A stretch of DNA of 57,215 nt, filler included, from Dugesia japonica (GCA_001938525.1; 6 parts of 6 records of this genome joined end to end with filler, not necessarily neighbours in it), one strand, 5' to 3'; shown: positions 11,555-25,200, counted from the whole stretch's first letter. Notes: a model not told the origin generated them from the letters alone. Made by a program: numbers and translations.

Positions 11555-14295
11555 AGTTCAGTTAATTCCATTTCATGTTTTTGTGATTTTAAACTATGAT
11601 TGGTTTCATAACTTATTTCTATTGGATTACTTAAAACTTTATCATAATGCTCCATTCCTATTTTATTTACTTTTGAAACTTCTTTATGTTTAATTTCTAT
11701 ATTTTTGTTATGGTCTTGAATAATATCACTTTTTGCTTTTATATTATTTCATTTAACTATTTCATTTTTAGGTTTCTCATCTTTCATTTGAAATAAATTA
11801 TTCCCTAATAAACTTGTTACTTTATTTAAATTCTCTTGTCCAATTATTTCTACAAATATAGAATCTGTGTCAGGATAATGTATTTTGTATTTATTTGGTT
11901 TTTCTTTGTCTAACTGATTATAAATGAAATCATAAATTACTTCTTTGACATATTCTAAAATAGTAAAACCAATATATGGAAACTTGTTATTTTTTGTTTT
12001 ATGAAGATGAATAGCTGCTGATTCCGCTTCACCATTTTCTGTACATGTAAATATTTTACTTGATTTAAAATTAATTTTTGATTCAAATTTCTGATAATCT
12101 TTATCGTTATCTACTATTTCAACATTACATCTGTTTCTAATATTTTCTAATGTTTTTCCATAAAAAGTATTATTTAATAATTTAAAGAAATAATCACCAA
12201 AAACATCATTATTTCTTTTGGCTTCGTTTCTTTTATTAATATTAAATTGTATATAATTTTTTAACCAAGGATTTGTTGACATTTTATATTTTGAATGTAT
12301 TTTTAATTTTTATTCCTAAAGATTTATACAAATCTAAAGTACTTCCTAAAATAATATAATTTTGTTTATCAAGTTGATTTAAAGTTAATTTAATATTTTT
12401 CTTGGATAATTTCTTGTTAAAACTTAATTGATATGGACTTAACATTTTTGAGTTATATTTATTTGATCTGGTGCCAAAGGAAAGTTTTTGTCTTTTCATG
12501 AATTTCAGGTGGATATTCCAAATCAACTTCATACTTAATTTTATTTGTTGATTTTTCATATTTTAAGTCTTTACATTTGTAAATTTCACCTGTTGGTAAA
12601 GGCTTAGTCATACAAGATGAATACAATGAATTTTCATTTAAATATTTTAAATATGTTTCTTCTTTCTAATTTACAGGAACTATTTTATTTTTAATGAATG
12701 AAAATAATATACCTCTAACTTGTGCTTTATTGAATTGTTTGGTTCTTCCAAATCTAGTATTTGATTTTTGATTAACTGAAAAGACTTGTCTTTCTCCGCA
12801 AACACTGGAGTATCCACCCCGAATCCCTCTTTCAATTTTAATAAATCTATTATAAGTTTCTTTTTTTGCATATTTTTATTTTTGCCTAGTAAATTTCATA
12901 CCCATATTCGAAGTTAATCCCAGTGCAGAATAACAATAATATGGATCTATTTCATAATTATTTAAACACGTTTCTCTAAAATTTTCATTGAAATCTGCTA
13001 AAATAATTACATCTAGTTTCATATAATGTAACATATAATCAATTAAATTTGCAAAATTATTAAAATCATTTAAAAATAAATTATAATCATTTTCAGATAT
13101 TTTTTTTGTTTTAATTTATTATTAAATTCTTCTTTTGAAGGAATATTATTTGATTTTAATAAATTAATCACGACATTAATATTTTCTCCTTTTACATATT
13201 CATAAGGAAATACTATTTTCTTTGCATTTTAAATTAAATGCTTTCAAATGTTTATATTGTCCAGATTGATTTAACATTTCACCCATTTTCTCAATTGAAG
13301 TAAATGGGCTGAATCTATCTTGCTGAATCTAAAAATCTAATGTTTTCATATTGAAATAAAATATAAAATTTGTCACTATGTGGAATTATCTTTATAACTT
13401 TATTTGGATATTTACTAATTAATTCTTTAAAAAATAAATGATTATCATAACCTGATGCATTATGAAAATAAAATGGCATAAATAAATTCTTTATAGATTT
13501 ATCTTCTAAATTACATTTTGAGTGAGAATATTCTCTGAATTTTCCATCAAAGTGATCGTGATCAATTACTGGGTTTTCTGTTATTAATTTATCACAATAT
13601 CTACATTTCGTTCCTTGTGTAAATTTTGGATGGGTAGTTCCATTATAATATTCAATTAATTTATTTTCTTTTATATATTTTTAATTTATTATTAATTTGA
13701 TTTAAAAAATCAAAGAATTGTTCATGAATATTTTCTCCATGAAATTCTTTATATTCGTTTTGCATTAAATGCGGATATTTGCTTACCACATAAACTCCTA
13801 GGAATAGTGGTTTTTGTTTTTTGGTGTTGGAATTAGTCCAACTTTTAAAGTCCCCATAAACTACAAAGAGCCTTTTATTTTTATAATAATAATTTTGATA
13901 ATAATAATAATCATGTTTTGGGAATACTACATTACTAATTTCATGATTTATGCATTCATTTTGATGTTTAATTAATAAACCTTTACTTCTATAGGAATTC
14001 ATGCATCTAAAACATAAATAAGTTTTGTGTTTATTTGTTGAATAAAATATTTCTACATTTCAAAATAAAATAAAATGGTTTTTATAAACTAATAAATTAC
14101 ATTTATTTTCCTCTGGTTTTGATTTAGTTTCATAATGGGAAATATATAAAGGTTCAAGTATTTTAGAACCAGTTACAGTAAATACATTTATTTTCCAATT
14201 ATTTAATTTTTCAAATTTTTTAACATCATCAATATTTACAGGAAATTTAATTCCAGTTGTTTTCAATTCGTCTAAATAAGGAATATAATTGCTAA
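11555..14295 (-). pseudogene. Polinton/Maverick-type protein-primed DNA polymerase B with embedded endonuclease VII domain (frameshifted)
   Basis: GIKFPV..KFEKLN; ExoI VYGDFK; CRYC..DHDHFDG..HSKCNL; ExoII FHNASGYD; FPYEY; YMKLDVIILAD; GIRGGYS; motif A YLNENSLY; motif B KLLNNTFYGKT; motif C YPDTDSIF. Confidence 0.95.
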
Positions 14296-14299
14296 CCCC

Positions 14300-14600
14300 A
14301 TGTCTTAAAGCCGCCATTCCCCTACTACTAAAGCTTACGATAATATTAAACGAGCATCGCAGGCAATGATAAATCAAGGAAAACACCGTGTTAGTCACGA
14401 ATTCAAAGTAGGTGAAGACGTGTTAGTATGGAAAGACCTTCACAAATGGAAGAAGAATGATTTACTTTATGAAGGTCCTTATAAATTTACTGAATTTCTA
14501 ACACCTTACAAAGTTCGGTTAGAAACTCGACAAGGTTCCGAATTTAAAAGAACCAAATGGTTAAAGAGATGCGGATTCTAGAAAGAGAGGGAGAAGTTAA
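14300..14600 (+). mobile_element. Gypsy integrase C-terminus (GPY/F module) plus polypurine tract
   Basis: FKVGEDVLVW..YEGPYKF; AGAAAGAGAGGGAGAA directly after the stop. Confidence 0.8.
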
Positions 14601-14699
14601 ATATTTAAAAAACTGAATATTTTTTTAAATATTGTGTTTTAAGATTTAATGATATATTTTGAACGTATTGAATAAATTTATTTTGGAAATTAAGACTTT

Positions 14700-15703
14700 T
14701 GATTTAACTGTTATAAATTAAGATGTAAAAAGACACAAAAAATGCAGTTCGATGAATCACGTACAAATGATATACGCCTAAGGGGCGAGAATTCTTTGTG
14801 GTAGAAATCCATAACGCTATTCTTCGATCCTAACATGACCTATGACAAAAAAATGTATTTTGAAATTAGCGGACCTGTATAAAAATGGCATTGATACATG
14901 ATTTTGGCATTGATTTCAATGACGAAGTTCACCATTTTTTAAAATTCATTAAAGAGGAAAATATCGAGTGCCCTTTCAAAATGTATAAAACAAAAATTGA
15001 TGGATTGCAATCGACCTTTCATAATGTTGAAACTATTTTAAATTTTTTAACATTACCAATATGCAATGCAACAGAATAATGATCATTTTTCATTCTTAAA
15101 CTTATAAAAAATTATCTAAGGAATAGTCTTGGTCAAGAGCCTTCTCAAAATTTATCAATGATGTTCATAGAAAATGACATTTTGTAAAACATTAATTTTG
15201 AAGACATTATTGATAAATTTGCTGGATCTAAAAGTAGAAGAATTTTGGTATAAAGAAAGGGACTTTGAAATCAATATTATAGTGTTACTATTACTTTCCA
15301 TTATTATAATATGTAATCGTTTATTAGTCTACATAATTTTTTTGCGTTTTTAATATATTTGTATTATATCTTATGTATTCAATATTGTATAAATATAAAA
15401 TTATATATTGTTTCTTTCAATCGTGCCCGATTCTTCAAAAACATTTTAGCATTGCGTATACGCCACGAATCCGAGAGTAGGTACAGACTTAGTTTTGTAT
15501 ATTAGGGGAGAAGTTGACGAGTAAAATATGATTGCACTTCTAAAATTAAAATAAAATTTTTTAATACATTTTTGGTACATTCAAAAAATATTAAATATGT
15601 AAATACGTAATCTATTTTTCCAATTTTTCTACACAGGGGGGTTCTAAGGGAGCCACAGAATTGTATAGGACCTCGGGCCTCTTTGACGTTAAATCCGCCA
15701 CTG
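14700..15703 (+). mobile_element. hAT transposon 3' part
   Basis: Dimerisation domain FHNVETIL..FLTLPICNATE..KLIKNYLRNSLGQE..FEDIIDKFAGSKSRRI; ends AAATCCGCCACTG (TIR CAGTGGCGGATTT). Confidence 0.85.
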
Positions 15704-17064
15704 ATTATTATTATTATTATTAAATTTTACTTTTGTAGATTTTATTATAAAATAGTTTATTTTATAATTAATAATTGAAGGTGTTATTTGTATATTTATT
15801 AATTTGTGAAATTTAAATTTTGCAGAATTTTAACAGTTAGATGAAATATTTTCTGGAAAGAAAAAACTGATCCATTTTTTCTCGAATAAATTTTTGGAGA
15901 TAAATTCGTGTCCTGTTGTTGTTGTTACATCTAACATACATATTTTATAAATTTTATAATCAGAGGCTTACTATAATTCATTTTTTATTCGATAATAATT
16001 CTGTTAAATAATTTGTTTCATGAATAACTATTATAAGGTCTAACCAAAATAAAACAAATTTCATCAAAAACCATTTTTAGCAAACATACTATATATTATA
16101 TACACAACTATATATTTAATTATTAAACTAAAATTTTTAATTCTTAATATAATATTGAAATAATTTAAAGTGTAAAGCTTTTACATAATTGATTTTCATA
16201 ATTTTACTTACTTGACACTCTTTGTAGAAATAACAGTAGTTTGTATAAAATTGTTTAAATAAACCGATTATCTGAATTTCACTCAATTCATCAACAGACT
16301 TCAATATATTGCATGAAGTCACTATCATTCGATTATTATGCAAATATCCTTAATATAAAAAAAATTAATGAATTAAAAATTCAAATAAATATATTTAATT
16401 TAATAGATATAATTTTTATTTTTGCGAATTAATTCGAATTGTTTCTATTAGGATTTTGTAACAAGAATGAATTGAACAATCATTTTTGATGAAAACTGTC
16501 AAAATATTGAATAATCTATGAAAATAGATAAACTTCAATTGTGATCTTTGCTTTTTAAAAATTTCTAAATTTTTATGATTAGTGTTTAAAAAATTTTTAA
16601 TTTTTTTTAGTAAAACGATACTCATTTGAAATTACAAATGCACCAAATCACGAATAGGAAAAGGATGAGTTTCTGTATTAAAAACTCATCTATCTATTGG
16701 TACTAATGTGTTTTCTGAAAATACTATATACAAATATTCTAAAGTTTCGGTCATTAGAAAGCTTTGGATCAAAATTTTATCGGTTTATCTAAATTATAAA
16801 TTTTTTATTTAAATTAAATATCAAAAAAATTCTTTTAACTAAACTTAAAGTTTCAAATGTTTATCAATTATTAATTGGATTTTGATATTTTTTTTATAAT
16901 TTTAATATATTTGAAAATTTTTTAAAATTTTTTTCAATTATAATTATCATACATTACTACCAATAAAATTTTTATTATCATTGAGTCATTATTTTTTTTA
17001 GAAACAACACTATAATAAAATTTAAAATTTTTTTTTTATCAATTTTTCAAATCGTTTCTATATA

Positions 17065-17992
17065 CTAGGTTGAGTCAAACGTTCCCGGACACTTTAAACC
17101 AAAAGTATATGGAAAAAAAGTCATAAAAACATCAAAGTTTTACTCATCAAAATAAAGTCCTTTGCTAGATAAGCTCTTCAACCATCTATCAGCTAAATTT
17201 TGGATTCCTTTCTGATAGCATTCTGATGGCTTAGACTGCAAAAACTCAAGGACTCCACTTTCGACCTCTGCTACTTAATTAAATTTCTTACCAATCAGAA
17301 AATAACTGATTGACATGAATAAGTGATAATCTGATGGAGCTAAGTCTGGGCTATAAGCTGGATGATGAAGTAGTTCGATTCCATCGAGCTCTTCTAACTT
17401 AGACGTTACCACTTTAGAGTTATGAATTTGAACATTATCATGCTGCAGAAGTACCAGTTTTCTATTGATTAAAGCTGGATAACGAGTGGCCAGAACATCC
17501 TAAAGTTGTTCGAATTGTTCAACATACAGGTTTCCATCCACAGCCCTGTCTTCTGGAATTAGTTCCTATAATACAAGACCCTCAAAATTCGACCATATGG
17601 ATAACTTTACCTTGTGTTCGGACCTTCTCTTTTAAGCTACTGATGATGCCTTCTGACCTGGCTGAAGCCACTGCCTTTTGATAATAGTATATCCAATTTT
17701 CATCGCCAGTTATGATTCGTCTCCAGAACTTGTCATCTTGAGATTTATCCAACAATTTCTTGCAAATTTCTACTCATTTTTATGCTTGTTGATCAGAAAG
17801 TTGATGGCAAACAAATCTGGGTTTCTTTTTTTGCAAAATCAAGTTCTTGAAGCTGCCGAACAATGGTTGATTGAAACGTCTTAAGTTGAGTAGCCAGTAT
17901 GCTAGTGCTGGTGTCTGGCCTTTGTTGAATACCTTGCAAAAAAGCATCATTTATCAGGACCGATGGCCTTCCAAAACATGATTTATGACCAG
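17065..17992 (-). mobile_element. Mariner element, 5'-truncated
   Basis: LQHDNV..H, HPAYSPDLAPSDYHLF, GIQNLADRW..GLYFDE*; terminus CTAGGTTGAGTCAAACG flanked by TA. Confidence 0.95.
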
Positions 17993-17999
17993 AAAAATT

Positions 18000-18150
18000 C
18001 TATCATGGTTTCTGTAATTTGATAACCAAAGGTGCTTGCGTTTTAAAAAAAATTCTGGGATTGTGTTTGAGTTTGGATTTTTTAATAATATTTTGCAAGA
18101 TTTGGCTACATTTTTCATTAATGAAAGGTAATTTAATTACTATCTGTTAG
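18000..18150 (-). mobile_element. Penelope-like RT/endonuclease linker remnant
   Basis: IKLPFINEKCSQILQNIIKKSKLKHNPRIFFKTQAPL resembles the LPY...I...F..L linker of Penelope-like elements. Confidence 0.5.
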
Positions 18151-18736
18151 ATGAGTTTAGAAAACTCGTCGGATTATCCAAATCAGAACTCGAATTCATT
18201 ACAAGATTTATTAAAACAAATTAATAACACAAATTTGTTTTTTTCAAACAAATTTAAAAATTCATATTTAAAAGCGAAAAATACTAAAAATTAAAAGTTG
18301 TTAAATTTTTAAATATTAAATATCAGCAGTTGTTAAATTTTTTAAATTTTAAAATACCTATTTTTATTTATTTACTTTTATATTTTTTTTCTATTCGAAA
18401 TATTTTTAGTTTTAAAACTCTATTACAAAATTTTAAAATACCTGAAAATATTAAATTTTTTTATTTACTTTTATATTTTATTCTTCTGATATAAATTTTA
18501 AATACAAATTTAACTTTAATAAATTTCACTTTTGTTATGATACAACAACAATCTATTACAATTATTTATTAGATACCAAAATATATTCTGAATCACTTCT
18601 GATTCATCGAAATATATATATATATATATATATATANNNNNNNNNNNNNNNNNNNNNNNNNNNNNNNNNNNNNNNNNNNNTTAATTAATTAANNNNNNNN
18701 NNNNNNNNNNNNNNNNNNNNNNNNNNNNNNNNNNNN

Positions 18737-19466
18737 CGTTTAGTACGCAAGAAAGTAGTCTGTAAAACAAATATTCGTATTTATATATTTTTTTATTTAT
18801 TTATATTTATTTATATTTATTTATTTATATTCGTATTAATTTAAATTTTGGAAATTTCTTAACGAATGTTTAGTCATTGCCAGTAATAAGTTTAGAAAAA
18901 GAAGTATAATGTTGCTCATTGTTGCACTATTTGATGATTAAAAAATAAAATAAATTTGTCATTAGTTCGATTAAACGATTTGAGTTAAATAAGTTTTCAA
19001 TAATTCANNNNNNNNNNNNNNNNNNNNNNNNNNNNNNNNNNNNNNNNNNNNNNNNNNGTTAAAAATATTTATTAAAATATATAATCTTTTTTATTCTAGT
19101 TATTAATTAATTTTATTAATTCAGTCCGTTAGAATTATCGAATTTTCGATGAAATTACAATATGTTAAGCCGCATTAATTATATTTGTATGTACATTTAT
19201 ATTTGCACGTTTAGTACGCAAGAAAGTANNNNNNNNNNNNNNNNNNNNNNNNNNNNNATTTTTTTATTTATTTATATTTATATTTATATTCGTATTAATT
19301 TAAATTTTGGAAATTTCTTAACGAATGCTTAGTCATTGCCAGTAATAAGTTTAGAAAAAGAAGTATAATGTTGCTCATTGTTGCACTATTTAATGATTAA
19401 AAAATAAAATAAATTTGTCATTAGTTCGATTAAACGATTTGAGTTAAATAAGTTTTCAATAATTCA
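18737..19466. repeat. Near-identical ~270-bp duplication beside gaps (18737-19007 vs 19208-19466)
   Basis: Direct sequence identity with a few substitutions; probably unmerged haplotypes. Confidence 0.85.
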
Positions 19467-21097
19467 AGATTTACACAATTAAGTTAAATTAACATGAAAA
19501 AAATGTTAAAATTTTATTTTAGTATTTGCCATTTTGTTTGAATTGTTTTATTTTGGTTGATAAAGTAAATGATTAATAGAAATAATTAATTACTAATAAA
19601 ATCTTTCGAAAAAATCTTCAGTAATTATTATTGGAAATTATTGCAATTCAAAAAATTCACTGCTAATAACAAATATTTGCATTTCTTTTCAAGTTTAGAT
19701 TTGTCTTCCATTTTTGATTATTTGAAATATTAAGTTCTCAGAGGAAAAAATCGAATTTATATTCCTAAATTATCAGCAAATATCAGTCGAAAATTGTGTG
19801 AAAATGTGAATTTTTTTTCAAAATTTTATTTATTTAACAAATTCCGTTTCCTCGCTACTATTTATTGGCGGTAAGACAGAATTAATTTATTTTATTTATT
19901 GATTTTAATTTTTTGTTTTAATTTAGTAAATATTTATTAATATATAATTTCGTATATGGTAATATAATTGACAAAAATGCGTTGATAATTATCAGAAATA
20001 ATAATATGTTGGTAAAATATACAGAAAAATCGATCATCAAATGAAAATTGAATCACAAAAATAATATTTTATTTTCATTTATTTAAATTCAGATTCGGTG
20101 ATTTAAAAAACAGAATAAAATTTATTAATTTATGTTGACTTTATATGAAATTTCATTATTTATTACGAGTATATTTTGATTAAAAAAAAACATCATACTT
20201 TTCCGTTTTGAAATAAACAAATAAACATCTTGTTTTGTTTAATCAGATTTCACATTAATTTCAATATTTCATCTATTTATGNNNNNNNNNNNNNNNNNNN
20301 NNNNNNNNNNNNNNNNNNNNNNNNNNNNNNNNNNNNNNNNNNNNNNNNNNNNNNNNNNNNNNNNNNNNNNNNNNNNNNNNNNNNNNNNNNNNNNNNNNNN
20401 NNNNTTTAATATTGCATTGACACAACACGAGTGAAAAATTATTGTCTTAATTTTCCAATTTGAATTTAATTGAAAAACTGTTTATATTTTTTACAAACGG
20501 ATATTACCAAATAGTATGGCAATAAAATATGTACTTATTAGTTGCTAAAATCTATATTCATGTTTGAATAAAAATAGTATATATGTGTCTGACCAAATTA
20601 ATTAATTATCTAAATTTTTATTTTTTGGTCATACTATTTAAATAATATGACTCATATTATTCGGTAATATCCGTTAGCTACAAAGCTTTATAAATTCATT
20701 CTCGTTTGCACAGTTTTGAATGTAAATTAATAAATAGTTGTTTTTATTGGAATATTTATTAGCAATTATTCAAAATTTCTCACTATTTATTCAAATGTTC
20801 TTGATATAGTAAAATTTATATGTTGTAAACGAATATTATATCAAGTTGATCTAGATATTTGATTAATAGCCGATATGTATCAGACACAATCAAATCAATC
20901 AATATTTTCTGAGATAAATTTTGAATAATTAAATGTAGATGTGTAATATATTCAATAGTTGTTGGGTGTGGTAAAACTTTACGCCTAAAAATATAAATTA
21001 TTCTACTGCACTTATTCACTATTTATAATGTTTACATTATTGTTAATTTTTATGGTTTCTGGTTACATTTAATGACAAAATTTAAATTTAATTTTAG

Positions 21098-22099
21098 AAT
21101 CGAGACCGTCTCTTTCCAGTGTAGTTAATCACGGTCTCAATTACGAAACTACAACCTCGTGCAATGATATCTTCCTCAATAAAGTGTGCAAAGATGATTT
21201 TCAGAAATATAACTGTTCCTCTGCCGATTGTATTTTGGATTATCCGAAAAACATTAAATCAGTAAGTTTTCCATATAGCATTTTAAAACATAACATATTG
21301 ATAATTGAAATAACTGTTATTTTTAAATTTTTTTTNAAATTTTACATATATTTTGATTTTAAACCTAAAAAATAAAACATTTTTTTAAAATTTGATTATT
21401 TGTTAATTCTGAATGAAAATTTTTTTCGAAAGCTCAGTGGTGCACTTTGAATTCTGCGATTGACCATTTATTTTCACTTTGGTATTTTGGATTTTACCGA
21501 TCTTCTATAATGTTTGGAGATTTCAGGTGATGATATTCTTGATCAGCGAGAAATTCTCTATCGATTAGATAAAATGTTTTTCGAATAATTACTGATGGGT
21601 TCAAATCCTGCGAGTGACCATTTATTTTAAACTTGTTTTGGATTTTCAGAGCCTCATATAATATTCGGCAATTTTGGGTAATGATATTCGGAATTAACCA
21701 AAAATTCTCTATCGAATGAATACTTTGATGATCAAATTTGAGATACTTTTTTATTTTTTTGTGTAAAAATATCCATGTTTTAAATTATTTTGGAAAATTT
21801 TAAAGTTTTAGGCTGTTCATCTGGATTCCCATGAAAATTTGAATTATTTTTAAAAAATTTAAACATTTAAACAAAAATCATTAATATAATTACAATTATT
21901 GTGAGAGTAATTGTTGGACTTAACCNNNNNNNNNNNNNNNNNNNNNNNNNNNNNNNNNNNNNNNNAAATTTCCACTCGATTACTCAACCGATGTTGTAAG
22001 CATGGCCTAGCCGAAATTATTAGACAACATTATATGTGTGACATAATGTGGATTAATCCATTACACAATAGATTATTTGAAATTTCATCACCAAACTGA
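21098..22099 (+). CDS. Two exons (21098-21261, about 21966-22099) of an unidentified cysteine-rich protein
   Basis: TTTAG|..SCNDIFLNKVCKDDFQKYNCSSADCILDYPKNIKS|GTAAGT; terminal ISTRLLNRCCKHGLAEIIRQHYMCDIMW..*. Confidence 0.5.
21430..21720 (+). repeat. tRNA-derived SINE-like tandem dimer (~155-bp units)
   Basis: A-box-like AGCTCAGTGG, B-box GGTTCAAATCC; both units share CTGCGA.TGACCATTTATTTT..GGATTTT..GATATTC..AAATTCTCTATCGA. Confidence 0.55.
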
Positions 22100-22122
22100 A
22101 TACACGTGATTACAAAATATAT

Positions 22123-22331
22123 TATGGGTGGCCAACACGAGGCCCGCGGGCCGCATATATTTTTTTGATTTCATTTATATTTATATATTTTTTATAATTC
22201 ATTTTTAGTGTTATATTTTTTTACATTGTGCGTTTAAAATCTAATATGTGGTTATAATTGTATATGCGGCCCGCGGAGTTATGATGCATTTCCAAAGTGG
22301 ACCTTAAGATCATTTTGGTTGGCCACCCATA
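22123..22331. mobile_element. hAT (Charlie-type) MITE
   Basis: 14-bp TIR TATGGGTGGCCAAC/GTTGGCCACCCATA; subterminal GCGGCCCGCG motifs; imperfect 8-bp TSD AAATATAT/TAATAGAT. Confidence 0.85.
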
Positions 22332-23513
22332 TAATAGATTGTATAAAAGATACGTCTGTGGGAGGGGGCTTTGGTGATGTGCACTACTATCTATCCACTA
22401 CATTGCATTCAGAATTAAATCTTATGAATTTCTAGAACTGATTTCGTAACTGAACATTATCATTTGATTTTTAATTTTTTTTGTAAGAAATTCAAATTTT
22501 AAATTTTAATGATTGAAGCAAAATATTTCATAAATCAGTGTAAATTGAAGTTGAATGCGTAACTGAAATGATTTACTTGATGACTTATTAGAAGAATCTT
22601 GATAAAATATAAATCACTTTTTATTAAACTCACGGGAAATGATTATTTTGGTAGATAATCAATGCATGTATCCAATTATATTTTNNNNNNNNNNNNNNNN
22701 NNNNAAATTTTTAATAAATGTTATTTACATATACATTACAATCATTATGTTAATAATTGGAATAACTATATTAGTTATGACTTAAAAATTATCACAGAAA
22801 ACTGAAAAATATTATTTTTATATAGCACGATTATAAATTCAAGAAACAGTGTTGTAATATTAGCAACACAGGAGAATTTAATTATCACTTATTAAATCTA
22901 AATATTATTTATTTATTGAATTTATTGTCAGTATATTTAACCATTATCGTTATTATTATCAATATAACTATTTATTATTGAATAGCATGAATTCATTAAA
23001 GAAAAATACTTCCATGAAGTTAGCTTTAATTATGAAGATTTTATGATTAATAGCAATATTTGATAACAATTATTATCAGCATGTGTGTTTAATAACTGAT
23101 GTTTGTATGTCACTCGTCCATTATTACAACTAATCGATAAATTTTAATATCAGTTTCTCTAAATAATTTTCTTTTCCAATCGCTTATTTTGTCATTGAAA
23201 ATTCGCTGAATTATTGACCAATATAATAAACTTTTACATTTAACTGTAGTGGTTAATTTACTCTGTATTTCCTTTCAATGACGTAATCATAATTATTCAT
23301 AGATTTTGATATTTTCTTGTTTATAATCTTTGATAAATGAATGTTTATTCAAATTCAACTTTCTCTATCAGTATATATAAAGCGTCTATTCTATTCTTGG
23401 TTATATACAGTTTAGCATTTTACGAATTCTATCAATATTAATCGAGTTCGTTACATTAATTTTTTATTAATTTTCTTAGTATTAATATCCAACCAAATTA
23501 ACTTTATTTGTAG

Positions 23514-23704
23514 AATAAACAACACGAATCAGTTTCTAGTACTTCAGAAGATTTGATGGAGCATGAAGCCAAGCTCAATGCTGCTATAAATGTTATCCCT
23601 AATGAACAATTAGCTGTGAGTTAATTTTTTATAAAATTGTGTCCATCGTATTTTTGTTCAGGAATTTCCAGGTGTTGATGAACCAATCGTATCAAGTGAT
23701 AAAG
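23514..23704 (+). CDS. Two exons (23514-23615, 23662-23704) of an unidentified gene
   Basis: TGTAG|NKQHESVSSTSEDLMEHEAKLNAAINVIPNEQLA|GTGAG..46 nt..TTCAG|EFPGVDEPIVSSDK|GTAAT. Confidence 0.6.
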
Positions 23705-23868
23705 GTAATAACTAATAATTATAATAATAATAATAATAATTAAATTAATATAAATTTAAATTTTGTGTGTAAATATTTGCTGATAATTTTTTTTTACCGA
23801 TTTTTAAGAAATTTGAAATATTTATATCTTTCTAAAGAAAATTGTTTGTTTTGCTTGTAATATTAATG

Positions 23869-24445
23869 CAGTGGTTCTCAACCTCAGCTATTTACCTATG
23901 CACAAAATGAAGGGGTGAAATAATGAAAAAAAAAATTAAAATTAATGAAAATAAAATGTTACTTTAGTTTTGAAAATCTCGCTAGTGAAAAATTCTCCAA
24001 ATTAGCTACATCTACAATTGTAGAAGAGATTTTATATTTTAAAAATGACATCATGAAAATTTCACGATACAGTTGAAAACTTTTAGAATTTAGTTGACAG
24101 TAAGAAGTATAATCTTTTCAAAAAAAGCCTTCAAAATCAAATCCTGTTTTGGTTCTACACATTTGAAAATTTTTATTTTCCATCAAGAATATTATAAAAT
24201 CAAAAATCAGATTTCAACTTACTAATGCCAACCTTGATGATTGTCTCAGATTGAGATAATCATCATATACTTCAAACTGTGAGAAATTAGCAAATGTAAT
24301 GGATTGTCAAAGATTGAACTAATTTGACTTTTTAATAAATATATAATGTTATGATAAAGGACATTTATTTATTTATTTTCAAATCCAATTACGCCCGCCA
24401 CTATCTTTTGTAATCTCAAATGTGCCCGCGTCACTAAAAGGTTGT
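23869..24445 (+). mobile_element. Internally deleted hAT-Charlie/SPIN-like element
   Basis: TIR CAGTGGTTCTCAACCT; remnant FGSTH..IIKSKIRFQLTNANLDDCLRL; 3' GTGCCCGCG..AAAGGTTG. Confidence 0.8.
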
Positions 24446-24549
24446 GTTGATTTATTATTTTATATTGTTAAAAATAATAAAACAAGTTATATTTAAAAAT
24501 AAAAGCTATAGTATTTATTTGAGGAAATACGGTAAGTAAATATTAAAAA

Positions 24550-25200
24550 CTAGAAATTTGCCTCGCTCCGCTCGGTTTCTAACAATTTGGTTGCCGTTCA
24601 AAATTAAGTATATCAACAAAAATACTTTATTTTGAAGTTTAAATTGTGCTCGATTTTTAAACGCTTAGTTAGGGTAATTTCTAGTTATTCTTACTTAAAT
24701 TGAATATTTGCAACTTAAACCGTTATTTTGTCTGTTATAATAACTGTAATTTGATAAGATTCGTTTTGAAATGAAAGAAAACAAACATTTTTTTGAAAAC
24801 AAAGCAAGCCAAAACATAAAGGTTTATTACCAAACTTTATGATAGATAACATTTTTATTTGACATCGATTTGATGCTTGTGAGCAGTTTCATTAGCACGA
24901 TGTAGTCTTTGAGCTTCTATATTTGATCTTCGATTTTTAATCTTATCAGGAGATCAATTATTCAAAAATAATTTATATCTTTGATTAATTTATATTCTTA
25001 ATAACACTTCAACTTGATTTTGTTCTGCTAATCATCATTCATTACGTGCTGCTGTTTCTTAATTTTATTGAACAACGCTGTTCATTTTGTTAATTGTTTT
25101 GGATTTTTCTTGATGGCATTTTATTTCTATATTTAATTTGTAAACCAATTAATCTCGATAAAATAAAAAAATTTAAATGCGATAACAATAATAATCCAAC
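24550..25200 (-). mobile_element. Non-autonomous Helitron remnant
   Basis: Minus-strand 3' end CCGAGCGGAGCGAGGCAAATTTCTAG|T; upstream STPR-like peptides (ETAARNE, AQRLHRANETAH). Confidence 0.65.

Noticed and set aside
15830-16720. Possible minus-strand host exons (and plus-strand candidates at 26278-27900)
   Set aside because: Plausible splice sites but no consistent frame or recognisable product.
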